Below are positions 55,461 through 64,000 of a stretch of DNA of 64,000 nt, piece after piece; position 1 is the first letter of the stretch; each line of letters opens with the position of its first letter. The DNA comes from an uncultured Gemmataceae bacterium (GTDB lineage: Bacteria; Planctomycetota; Planctomycetia; Gemmatales; Gemmataceae): NCBI GenBank assembly GCA_963750165.1, contig CAVVPN010000003.1, forward strand, positions 1,216,001 through 1,280,000, read 5' to 3'. The notes under the pieces were generated by a model that ran no database searches, had not been told where the DNA came from, and saw nothing but the letters and a program-made list of their open reading frames with translations. The position numbers and the translations under genes were made by a program.

Positions 55461-57926
55461 TCACCGATACGCTGCCACCAACTCGACGCGGCCGCCCGCT
55501 CCCGGCACCTGCCAGAACGGTGTCCACGCCAGTCCGAAGTCCGTCACCAGCACGTCCTGCCGCCGCGGTGTCAGCGGGATGTCCGTATGCTCCTCGCCCA
55601 CCTGCCGCCATTTCTCCGCGATGCTCTGCTGCCTGGCGAACCATTCGGCGCGGAGCTTTTCGAGTTTGTCCTTCGTGGCCGCAGACGGCCGGCTCGAAAA
55701 CGCGAAGCTCACCCACGCCAGCGGGTTGACGACGTTCAGCAACGACGACTGTTGCTCGACCGGCCCTTCCGGCACCTTCGCGCCCAGCGCCGCGAACTTC
55801 GGCGCATACCGGTTTTTCTCCTGGGCCATTTCCACGTCCGCCTTCGCAGCGGCGGCGGCGCGGCAGCGCTGCTGGAACGCCTGCGCGTCCTCGCCCGGCT
55901 GGCTCAGCAGTTCCAGTTTGGCGTTCTCGCGCAACAGCAGCCGGGCGCTGTTGTAGAGGTAGTCGGAGAACACCTTCGCCAGCGCCTTGAGCTTGCGGGC
56001 CGTGTTCACCGCGTCCGACACTGGCGTCCACTGTGCCGGCGACAGCGGCCCGGGCGCGGGGTTGACCGTCATCCGCTCCGACGTGAACCAGTTCACCTGA
56101 CCGTTCTCGGGGATTTCTACAAGCAAACGGTGCGTCTGTTTTGGCGACAGGCCGCGCTTCTTGTCCACGAACAACACCTCTGCGACGCCGAGCAGCCGCA
56201 GCTGATACACCAGCGCCGCCCCCGTCGGCCAGGCGGGACTGCTCAGCGGCAGGAAAAACTGCTGCACGTCCACCGGCAGCGACGGCGCCGCGGTACTCGT
56301 CGTCTCGGGTGCCACCGGCGCCGCCTGGCCCTGCAACGTCTGCTTGAACTGCCGATCCTCCGTGCGCGGCGCGGCCGGCGTCGCCACCGGGAGCGCAACC
56401 GGCGGTATGTCGGCCGTGTCGGCGACCGGCGGCCTCGGCTCGGCGGCCTCGGCCTCCTTGAGCGGGTCCATGAGCACTGCGATCTGGTCGCGCGTCAGCG
56501 GGCCGCGCAGGAACGATAGTACGTGCCGGCTCTGGAACAGCAGCGGCTTGCCCTTGTGGATGTCGTGCAGCAGGAAAATACGATTGCCCAGAGCGGAAAT
56601 GACCGTCTCCAGATACGCCCGGCTGTTCAGCGTGCCACTCTCCGCCGCAACGCCCTCCAGACCTTCGATGAGGCGGGCCTTGTCGCGGTCGGTTTGCAGT
56701 TTGCCGATGAACCAGGTGCCGGCGTTGGACAGCGCCTTGTAGTCCAGGTCCACCGGGTTCTGCGTCGCCAGCAGCACGCCGACGCCGAACGCCCGCGCCT
56801 GCTTCAGCAGTGTCATCAGCGGCACCTTGGTCGGCGGGTTGGCCGGGTGCGGCGGCAGATAACCGTACACCTCGTCGAAGTACAGGATCGCTCGCAGGCT
56901 GGTCGTGCCCGGCTGCTTGCGTGTCCAGCTCAGCACCTCTTCCAGCAACAGCGTGATGAAGAACATCCGCTGCGCGTCGTCCAGGTGCGCGACGTAAAAG
57001 ATCAGGTGCCGCGGCTTCTCGCCCTTGCCGTAGAGCATCCGCGACAGGTCGAGCGCCTCGCCCTGGATCCAGGTCGAAAAACTCGGGGCGGCCAGCAGGT
57101 TGTTGAGCGCCACCGCCAGCTTGAGGCGGTCCTTCTCGGGGTAGAACGTGTCCACCTCGAAGGCGCCGATCTTGTTCATCGGCGGCACCTGAATCTGGCC
57201 GATGAGCGTGGGCAGGTCGAGGTCTTGCTGCTTGCTCCAGGAGTGCAGCAGCAGCTGGGCGATGAGGATGTGCTCGCGCGACTGCACCGGGTCGGCGCTG
57301 ATGCCGGTCAGGCCGAGCAGCGCCGTCGTGGTCGCGTCGATCTTCTGGTTCAGCGCCTCGCGCGACACCTTGCCCTTCGGCGCCTGGAACGTTTGCAGCA
57401 CCGACAACGGCATTCCCGCCTCGCTGCCCGGCGTGTAAATCCGCCACTCCGCCGACTCCTTCAGGCGCTGGATGCGCGCCGCCGACTGCCGCGACGACTC
57501 CAGCCCGGTGCGCCATTTGTCCGCGAGCTGCTTCGCGTAATTTTCGAGCGACATGCCCTTGAGCCGGGCATCGTCCGGGTTGAGCCACTTCTGGAAGTCC
57601 GCCGGCGCCAGGTCGGGGAACTGCAGCAGCAGATTCGTGAGATCGCCCTTGGGGTCGATGATGATGCACGGGATGCTGTCGATGGCGGCCTCTTCGAGCA
57701 GGCTGATGCACAGGCCGGTCTTGCCCGAGCCGGTCATGCCGACGACAACGCCGTGGGTCGTCAGGTCGCGGGCGTCGTACATGACCGGCTTGTTCAGAAC
57801 GGTCTTCGTGGCTAAATCGAACTCGTCGCCGAGGTAGAAGCACGCCGGCAGCTCGATGTCCGGCGCGGGCGCGGCGGGGGCGGTCGGTTCGGCGGCGGAC
57901 GGTGTGGGGGTCGTTGGTTCGCTCAC
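55461..57926 (-). CDS. HerA/FtsK-superfamily ATPase (DUF87/DUF853-like) with extended C-terminus
   Basis: THGVVVGMTGSGKT, IIDPKGD, ILYFDEVYGY, LLKQARAFGVGVLLATQNPVDLDYK and WFIGKLQT. Confidence 0.88.
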   Translation of the reverse strand: MSEPTTPTPSAAEPTAPAAPAPDIELPACFYLGDEFDLATKTVLNKPVMYDARDLTTHGVVVGMTGSGKTGLCISLLEEAAIDSIPCIIIDPKGDLTNLLLQFPDLAPADFQKWLNPDDARLKGMSLENYAKQLADKWRTGLESSRQSAARIQRLKESAEWRIYTPGSEAGMPLSVLQTFQAPKGKVSREALNQKIDATTTALLGLTGISADPVQSREHILIAQLLLHSWSKQQDLDLPTLIGQIQVPPMNKIGAFEVDTFYPEKDRLKLAVALNNLLAAPSFSTWIQGEALDLSRMLYGKGEKPRHLIFYVAHLDDAQRMFFITLLLEEVLSWTRKQPGTTSLRAILYFDEVYGYLPPHPANPPTKVPLMTLLKQARAFGVGVLLATQNPVDLDYKALSNAGTWFIGKLQTDRDKARLIEGLEGVAAESGTLNSRAYLETVISALGNRIFLLHDIHKGKPLLFQSRHVLSFLRGPLTRDQIAVLMDPLKEAEAAEPRPPVADTADIPPVALPVATPAAPRTEDRQFKQTLQGQAAPVAPETTSTAAPSLPVDVQQFFLPLSSPAWPTGAALVYQLRLLGVAEVLFVDKKRGLSPKQTHRLLVEIPENGQVNWFTSERMTVNPAPGPLSPAQWTPVSDAVNTARKLKALAKVFSDYLYNSARLLLRENAKLELLSQPGEDAQAFQQRCRAAAAAKADVEMAQEKNRYAPKFAALGAKVPEGPVEQQSSLLNVVNPLAWVSFAFSSRPSAATKDKLEKLRAEWFARQQSIAEKWRQVGEEHTDIPLTPRRQDVLVTDFGLAWTPFWQVPGAGGRVELVAAYR

Positions 57927-58004
57927 GGTTCGCTCTCTGGGACATCAGGGGAAAAGTCCGGAGTATTATCGACGTTGCGGGGCGCTTTGCAAAGGGGACA
58001 CGCC

Positions 58005-58772
58005 ATGCACACGCAACCGGTAGCGCTGGTGACGGGCGGCAGTCGCGGCATCGGCCGCGGCGTCTGTGTGGAGCTGGCCCGGCAGGGCTACGCTGTGGCC
58101 ATCAACTACGCCGGCAACGAGGACGCCGCCCGGCAGACGCAGACCGACATCGCCAGCACCGCCGAGACGCTGCTGTGCCGCGCGGATGTCGGCGTTACGG
58201 CGGAGCGCGAGCGGCTGGTCGCGGACGTGCTGGCGAAGTGGGACCGCATTGACGTGCTCGTGAACAACGCCGGCATCACCTCCGTGGGCCGGCGCGACCT
58301 CCTCGAAGCGACCGAGGACAGCTGGGACCGCGTTCTGGCCGTCAATCTCAAGGGGCCGTTCTTCCTGACGCAGCGCATGGCGCAAACGATGCTCGAACGC
58401 CTGCCGCGCCTGACGCGGCCCACCATCGTCAACATCTCCAGCCTGTCCGCCTATGCACTGTCCACGAACCGCGGCGACTACTGCGTCTCGAAGGCGGCGC
58501 TGGGCATGGTGACGCAGCTGTTCGCGGCCCGGCTGGCGGAGCACGGCATCCGCGTTTTCGAGGTGCGGCCGGGTATCGTCGAAACGGACATGACCGCGGG
58601 CGGCCACGAGCGCTACACGCAACTGATCGCGGAGGGCCTGACGCCGATCCGCCGCTGGGGCAGTCCCACGGACGTGGGCAAGGCCGTGGCGCTGCTGGCC
58701 TCTGACGCGCTGCCGTTCAGCACCGGCGATGTGCTCAACATCGACGGCGGCTACCACCTGCGGCGGTTCTGA
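58005..58772 (+). CDS. SDR oxidoreductase (3-ketoacyl-ACP reductase-like)
   Basis: TGGSRGIG, VNNAG, YCVSK and STGDVLNIDGG. Confidence 0.92.
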   Translation: MHTQPVALVTGGSRGIGRGVCVELARQGYAVAINYAGNEDAARQTQTDIASTAETLLCRADVGVTAERERLVADVLAKWDRIDVLVNNAGITSVGRRDLLEATEDSWDRVLAVNLKGPFFLTQRMAQTMLERLPRLTRPTIVNISSLSAYALSTNRGDYCVSKAALGMVTQLFAARLAEHGIRVFEVRPGIVETDMTAGGHERYTQLIAEGLTPIRRWGSPTDVGKAVALLASDALPFSTGDVLNIDGGYHLRRF

Positions 58773-58912
58773 GGGGCGGCCGGTGGTGTTCGACGTGCTC
58801 GGGCAACTGACCTTCGAGGACCGGCCGCTACGCGAACTCCTGCTGGAGGCGATCCGCTACGGCGACCAGCCCACCGTCCGCTCACGGCTCTTCACGGTGG
58901 TGGACAGGCTCG
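58771..58912 (+). pseudogene. Internal fragment resembling a SNF2-family (DUF3883-type) helicase
   Basis: VFDVLGQLTFEDRPLRELLLEAIRYGDQPTVRSRLFTVVD resembles the post-helicase-C region of those proteins (recalled similarity); no start codon or flanking domains. Confidence 0.55.
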
Positions 58913-59155
58913 AATCTCGACGTGTGAAAAAGTTGGCGTTCTTGGCGTTCTTGCTGTGGCAGCGCAGGCCGCTGGAGGTCAGCCCGTGCCCGCCGCCACT
59001 TGTGCGCAATCCGTGCGTGAACCGCGCGTAAGAACGTTCGGAAGCAATGAGCGCCTCCGAGGGCGCCTGTTTACTCCGCGAGTACGCTCCGTGCGCGGCT
59101 CGGGCGAATCGTCTTTGTTTCCGAACGCTCTTGGCGGCAAGCCGTAGAAAAACCC

Positions 59156-62100
59156 TCACGTCGCCGCATGGGCGTGCTCGGGCGGCGCTGCCGGGTGGTG
59201 CCCGTCCGCCGACGGTTCGGGCTGCTCCAGGCCCTCCGCCTTCGCCCGGCGATCAACCAACCGCTGGATCACGTAGAAGAACACGGGCGTCAGGAAGATA
59301 CCGAACAGCGTCACACCCAGCATGCCGCTGAACACCGCCGTGCCCAGCGCCCGCCGCATTTCCGCACCGGCCCCCTCCGAAATCACCAGCGGCAACACTC
59401 CCAGGATGAACGCGAAGCTCGTCATCATGATCGGCCGCAGCCGCAGCTTGCACGCCTCCAGCGTCGCCTCGTAGGGCTGCACTCCCGACTCGCGCTGCGC
59501 CTGCGCATATTCGACAATCAGGATGGCGTTCTTGCACGCCAGGCCGACCAGCACCACGAAGCCGATCTGCGTGAAGATGTTCACGTCCATGCGCGCCAGG
59601 ATGACGCCGGCGATGGCGCACAGCAGACACATGGGCACGACGAGAATCACCGCCAGCGGCAGCGACCAGCTCTCGTACTGCGCCGCCAGCACCAGGAACA
59701 CCAGCACCACCGCCAGAATGAAGACGTACATGGCCGTGTTGCCGGTCATCAGTTGCAGCAGCGCCAGTTCGGTCCATTCCGTGCGCATGCCCGGCTCCAG
59801 GTGCTCTTCCGTCGTCTGCCGCAGCGCCGCGATGGCCTGGCCGGAACTGACGCCGGGCGCCACGTTGGCGTTGACGGTCGCTGACTGGTACATGTTGTAG
59901 CGGATGATGATCGACGGCCCGGTCACGATCTTGACGCGCATCAGCGTGCCCAGCGGCACCATCGAGCCCCTGGAGTTGCGCACCTCCAGCAGGCGGATGT
60001 CGGACGCCTGCTGGCGGAAGCCTGGCGCCGCCTGCGCCGTCACCTGCCAGGTGCGGCCGAACTTGTTGAAGTCGTTGACGTACAGCGAACCCAGATTGAC
60101 CTGCAGCGTGTTGAACACCTCCGCCATCGAAACGCCCAGCGTCTCCGCCTTCTCGCGGTCGATGTCCAGGTACAGCCAGGGCGTGTTGGCCCGGAAGCTG
60201 GTGAACAGGCCCTGCAACTGGTGGCCGGCGTTGCCGTCCTCCACCACCTGGTCCGCCACGCTTTGCAGCTCGCCCATGCCGATGTCGCCGCGATCTTCGA
60301 TGACGATCTTGAAGCCGCCCGACGTACCCAGGCCCTCCACCGGCGGCGCCCCGAAGAGATTGACCTGGCCGTCCGGCACCGCCTTGCGCAGCGCTTCCTC
60401 CAGCCGCGCCGCGATCTCGTCGCTGGACATGCCCGGCCCGGTGCGGTGGTGGAAGTCGTCCAGCATCACGTACATCGCCCCGTAATTGGGGCCGTTGGCG
60501 CCCAGCACGATCGACTGGCCCGAGACGGCGACCGTATGCTTGACTCCGGGCGTATGACGCGCCACCTCGTCAATCCGCTTCATCGCTTCCTGCGTGCGCT
60601 CCACCGAGGCGGCGTCCGGCAATTGCAAATTGACCAGCAAATAGCCGCGGTCCTGCGCCGGGATGAAGCCCGTCGGCGTCACGCGGAAGGCGCCGTAGGT
60701 CAGCGCCAGCAGACCGCCGTAGACCAGCAGCACCAGCACGCTGACGCGCAGCAGCCGGCCCACCGAACGCGCGTACCAGCCGGTCGCCATGTCGAAGCCC
60801 TGGTTGAAGACGCGGAATGCCCAGGCCAGGATCACCTTGAGCACGTTGCCGAACACCCAGCCGAGCACGGCGCCGATCAGCGCGCCCGCAATGCCCGCCG
60901 CCAGCGTCGCCTGGCGCGTCAATTCCGCCACCTCCGCGGCCTCTTCCGCGTCAGCGGGGACGTAGATGTCGAACAACGAATTGACGTGCGGTTGCAGCAG
61001 GGGGCCGCCGAACTGGTAGCCGACCCAGCCGAGAATCAGCACGAACGCGAAGCGCGGCAGCGGCTCGACCTTGTTCTTCGCCCGCGGCTTGAGCAGCAGG
61101 GCTGCGAGGGCGGGGCTGAGTGTCAGCGAGTTAAACGCGGAGATGACGGTCGAGACGGCGATGGTTAGCGCGAACTGCCGGAAGAACTGCCCCGTGATGC
61201 CGGTGATGAACGCACACGGCACGAACACCGCCGACAGCACCAGGCCGACCGCGATGACCGGGCCGGACACCTGCTCCATCGCCCGGATGGTCGCGTCGCG
61301 TGGGGCCATGCCGTGCTCGATGTGGTGCTCGACCGCCTCCACCACGACAATGGCGTCATCGACGACGATACCAATCGCCAGCACCAGGCCGAACAGCGTC
61401 AGGTTGTTCAGCGAAAAGCCGGCCGCGGACATGACCGCGAAGGTGCCGATGATCGCCACCGGCACCGCCACCAGCGGGATCACCGCCGACCGCCAGTTCT
61501 GCAGGAACAGCAGCACCACCACCGCCACCAGGATGACCGCGTCGCGCAGCGTATTGAAAACTTCGTTGATCGACTCCTGGATGAACGGTGTCGTGTCGTA
61601 AACGATGTCGTACTCGATGTCGTCGGGGAAGCGCTGCCGCAGGTCCTGCATGCGTTCGCGCACGGAGCGGGCCACGTCCAGAGCGTTGGAGCCGGGCAGC
61701 TGGTAGACCGACAGCGCCACCGAATCGCGGCCGTCCAGCCAGCACACCTGGTCGTAGGACTGAGCGCCCAGCTCGACGCCCTTGAGGTCCTTGGTGTCGC
61801 TGACGACCACGTCGCGCAGGCGGATGAGGCGGCCAACGTTCGTTTTCAGGATCATTTCCTGGAACTGCTCGGGGTCCGCCAGACGGCCGCGCGTTGTCAG
61901 GGTGAACTGAAACGCCTGGCCGCGCGGCACCGGTGGCTGACCAATCTGGCCAGCGGCTACCTGGGCGTTCTGCTGCTGCACCGCGTTGACCACATCGCTG
62001 GCGCTGATGTTGCGCGCGGCCATCTTCTGCGGGTCGAGCCAGATGCGCATGCTGTAATCGCGCTGGCCGAGATAGGTGATGTCGCCGATGCCCGGCAGCC

Positions 62101-62605
62101 GGGCCAGTTCGTCGCGTAGCTGGATGGTGGCGTAGTTGCTCAGGTCGAGGCTGTTGCGCGTGCCTTTGGGCGAATACAGGTTGACGATCATCAGCTGGCT
62201 GGGCGACTTCTTCTTGACGGTGATGCCGCGGCGCTTCACCAGGTCGGGCAGGATCGGCTGCGCCAGGGCGACGCGGTTCTGCACCAGCACCTGGGCGATG
62301 TTCAGGTCGGTGCCCAGCTTGAAGGTGATCGACAGCGTGTAGGTGCCGTCGTTGGTGCATTGCGACGACATGTACATCATGCCCTCGACGCCGTTGACCT
62401 GTTGCTCGACGGGAGCCGCGACGGTGTCGGCGACCACCTGGGCGTTGGCGCCGGGGTAGCTGGCGGACACCTCCACCGTCGGTGGCGTGATTTCGGGGTA
62501 CTGGGCGATCGGCAGGTTCAGCAGCGCAATGGCGCCCGCCAGGGTGACGACGATGGACAGCACCGAGGCGAAGATCGGTCGGTCGATGAAGAAGCGCGAG
62601 AACAC
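59156..62605 (-). CDS. RND efflux permease (HAE1, MexF/BpeF-like)
   Basis: FSRFFIDRPIFA, LPIAQYPEITPP, IGIVVDDAIVVVE, KNAILIVE and RLRPIMMTS. Confidence 0.95.
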   Translation of the reverse strand: MFSRFFIDRPIFASVLSIVVTLAGAIALLNLPIAQYPEITPPTVEVSASYPGANAQVVADTVAAPVEQQVNGVEGMMYMSSQCTNDGTYTLSITFKLGTDLNIAQVLVQNRVALAQPILPDLVKRRGITVKKKSPSQLMIVNLYSPKGTRNSLDLSNYATIQLRDELARLPGIGDITYLGQRDYSMRIWLDPQKMAARNISASDVVNAVQQQNAQVAAGQIGQPPVPRGQAFQFTLTTRGRLADPEQFQEMILKTNVGRLIRLRDVVVSDTKDLKGVELGAQSYDQVCWLDGRDSVALSVYQLPGSNALDVARSVRERMQDLRQRFPDDIEYDIVYDTTPFIQESINEVFNTLRDAVILVAVVVLLFLQNWRSAVIPLVAVPVAIIGTFAVMSAAGFSLNNLTLFGLVLAIGIVVDDAIVVVEAVEHHIEHGMAPRDATIRAMEQVSGPVIAVGLVLSAVFVPCAFITGITGQFFRQFALTIAVSTVISAFNSLTLSPALAALLLKPRAKNKVEPLPRFAFVLILGWVGYQFGGPLLQPHVNSLFDIYVPADAEEAAEVAELTRQATLAAGIAGALIGAVLGWVFGNVLKVILAWAFRVFNQGFDMATGWYARSVGRLLRVSVLVLLVYGGLLALTYGAFRVTPTGFIPAQDRGYLLVNLQLPDAASVERTQEAMKRIDEVARHTPGVKHTVAVSGQSIVLGANGPNYGAMYVMLDDFHHRTGPGMSSDEIAARLEEALRKAVPDGQVNLFGAPPVEGLGTSGGFKIVIEDRGDIGMGELQSVADQVVEDGNAGHQLQGLFTSFRANTPWLYLDIDREKAETLGVSMAEVFNTLQVNLGSLYVNDFNKFGRTWQVTAQAAPGFRQQASDIRLLEVRNSRGSMVPLGTLMRVKIVTGPSIIIRYNMYQSATVNANVAPGVSSGQAIAALRQTTEEHLEPGMRTEWTELALLQLMTGNTAMYVFILAVVLVFLVLAAQYESWSLPLAVILVVPMCLLCAIAGVILARMDVNIFTQIGFVVLVGLACKNAILIVEYAQAQRESGVQPYEATLEACKLRLRPIMMTSFAFILGVLPLVISEGAGAEMRRALGTAVFSGMLGVTLFGIFLTPVFFYVIQRLVDRRAKAEGLEQPEPSADGHHPAAPPEHAHAAT

Positions 62606-62646
62606 GGATAGACCTCACATCACCTCGGGGGACTGAAACGCTGCTT

Positions 62647-62712
62647 TCGTGGGGCAGACATTTCTGTCTGCCGTCTTTAAAAGTTCGGCAGACAGGAATG
62701 TCTGCCCCACGA
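62647..62712. repeat. GTGG-type REP doublet, family M
   Basis: TCGTGGGGCAGACATTTCTGTCTGCCG / CGGCAGACAGGAATGTCTGCCCCACGA between the two RND genes. Confidence 0.85.
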
Positions 62713-62722
62713 CCGGAGCCGC

Positions 62723-64000
62723 TCACCCGGCGCCGCCGTCCGGCCGCCACGGCGGACCCTCGGGGTGGCCGTTCGCCTGGGGCGGCGCTTCCGGCGGCGC
62801 AGGCGGCGGCCCGTCGGCCGGGGGCGGCAGGCGGTTCGCCGGCCCAGCCTGGATGCCCGTGTCCCGCGGCGCTGCCGGCGGTTTCGGCGGCCGCGGCGGC
62901 AGCAGTGCCAGGAGTTCGCGGCGGCGCAGCTCACGGAAGCCCCACAGCAGCAGCCAGGCCACGCCCAGCGTGCCCACCATCAGCAGGTAGAACAGCACGG
63001 TGCCGACCGTCCGCATCGGCAACGACGCGAACAGCCGCGAATGGCCCAGCCAGTCGATGACGTAGAAGAACACGGGCGTCAGGAAGATGCCGAACAGCGT
63101 CACGCCCAGCATGCCGCTGAACACCGCCGTGCCCAGCGTCTGCCGCATCTCCGCGCCGGCACCCTCGGACACCAGCAGCGGCACCACGCCGAGGATGAAC
63201 GCGAAGCTCGTCATCAGGATCGGCCGCAACCGCAGCCGGCACGCCTCTAGCGTCGCCCGGAAACGGTCCTCGCCCGCCTCGCGCTTGTGCTTGGCGAACT
63301 CGACGATCAAAATCGCGTTCTTGCTCGCCAGACCGACCAGCACCACGAAGCCGATCTGTGTAAATATGTTGATGTCCGACTTGGTGACGACGACGCCGAC
63401 CAGCGAACCGAGGATGCACATGGGCACAACGAGGATGACAGCCAGCGGCAGCGACCAGCTCTCGTACTGGGCCGCCAGTACCAGGAACACGAACAGCACT
63501 GACAGCCCGAAGATGACGCCGGCGGTGTTGCCCGAGGTCAGCTGGATGTACGAAATCTCAGTCCACTCGATGGCCATGTCGCGCGGCAGCGTGCGGTCGG
63601 CAACGCCCTGCACGAGGTTAATGCCGTCGCCGGAACTGACGCCCGGCGCCGCGGCGCCGTTGACGATGGCGGCCGGGTACATGTTGTAGCGCGTCACCAG
63701 CAGCGGGCCGTTGATCTCCTTGACCGTGGCCACGGCGCCCAGCGGCACCATGCCGCCTTTGGCGTTGCGCACCTTCAGGTTCTTGACATCCTCCACCTCG
63801 TTGCGGAACGGGGCGTCCGCCTGCACGATCACCTGCCAGGTGCGGCCGAATTTGTTGAAATCGTTGACGTACAGCGAGCCCAGGTACACCTGCAGCGTGT
63901 CGAACACGGCCTGCAACTCCACCTCCATCATGGAGCACTGCGCGCGGTTCACGTCCACGAACAGTTGCGGCGAGTTGGCGCGGAAGACCGTGAACTGGGG
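62723..64000 (-). CDS. Second RND efflux permease, C-terminal part (5' end outside the window)
   Basis: LGSLYVNDFNKFGRTWQV, AAQYESWSLP, KNAILIVE and RLRPILMTS; paralogous to 59156-62605. Confidence 0.93.
   Translation of the reverse strand, partial: PQFTVFRANSPQLFVDVNRAQCSMMEVELQAVFDTLQVYLGSLYVNDFNKFGRTWQVIVQADAPFRNEVEDVKNLKVRNAKGGMVPLGAVATVKEINGPLLVTRYNMYPAAIVNGAAAPGVSSGDGINLVQGVADRTLPRDMAIEWTEISYIQLTSGNTAGVIFGLSVLFVFLVLAAQYESWSLPLAVILVVPMCILGSLVGVVVTKSDINIFTQIGFVVLVGLASKNAILIVEFAKHKREAGEDRFRATLEACRLRLRPILMTSFAFILGVVPLLVSEGAGAEMRQTLGTAVFSGMLGVTLFGIFLTPVFFYVIDWLGHSRLFASLPMRTVGTVLFYLLMVGTLGVAWLLLWGFRELRRRELLALLPPRPPKPPAAPRDTGIQAGPANRLPPPADGPPPAPPEAPPQANGHPEGPPWRPDGGAG

Noticed and set aside
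59260..63900. Similar DNA in the two RND genes as a recent duplication or mis-assembly
   Set aside because: Many synonymous and amino-acid differences show they are diverged paralogues.
1..64000. tRNA, rRNA, integron attC array or intact transposase/integrase
   Set aside because: None recognised by eye. The palindromes lack consistent attC RYYYAAC/GTTRRRY ends and flank housekeeping genes in both orientations.

Overview
A 64 kb, high-GC bacterial chromosomal segment whose gene content points to a Planctomycetota genome, probably Gemmataceae-like (inference from secreted WD40/PQQ/HEAT/LRR proteins, a Val/Cys/Thr repeat protein, an ECF sigma + Ser/Thr kinase pair and the futalosine genes). Recognisable genes include nnrD, mqnA, mqnC, dxr, rseP, rtcB + archease, a split ArgZ/AgrE-like arginine catabolism pair, glycosyltransferases, MFS/ABC/RND transporters, a DUF433/DUF5615 toxin-antitoxin pair, an Rpn-family nuclease, a Uma2 nuclease and a HerA-like ATPase. 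No rRNA, tRNA, CRISPR array or intact transposase was found. About nine genes carry 1-2 nt frameshifts, most likely assembly errors. The most interesting signals are non-coding. (1) A 181-bp direct repeat, part of a hairpin-rich transposase-less element that resembles an IS110/IS1111 non-coding end, brackets a GNAT gene and a recombinase fragment. (2) A 153-bp MITE with 31-bp TIRs and a TAA duplication sits inside one REP-like palindrome and carries another. (3) A promoter-hairpin-terminator sRNA candidate lies at about 29.2-29.3 kb. (4) About 13 palindrome families occupy the intergenic spaces. Notable protein-level observations are a candidate intragenic RpnS antitoxin start, a mirror-symmetric 28-aa repeat protein, an orphan two-gene module resembling FtsH ternary conflict-system components, and a Tat-signal small partner upstream of a signal-less amidase. 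All family assignments come from motif recognition by eye; no database search was run.
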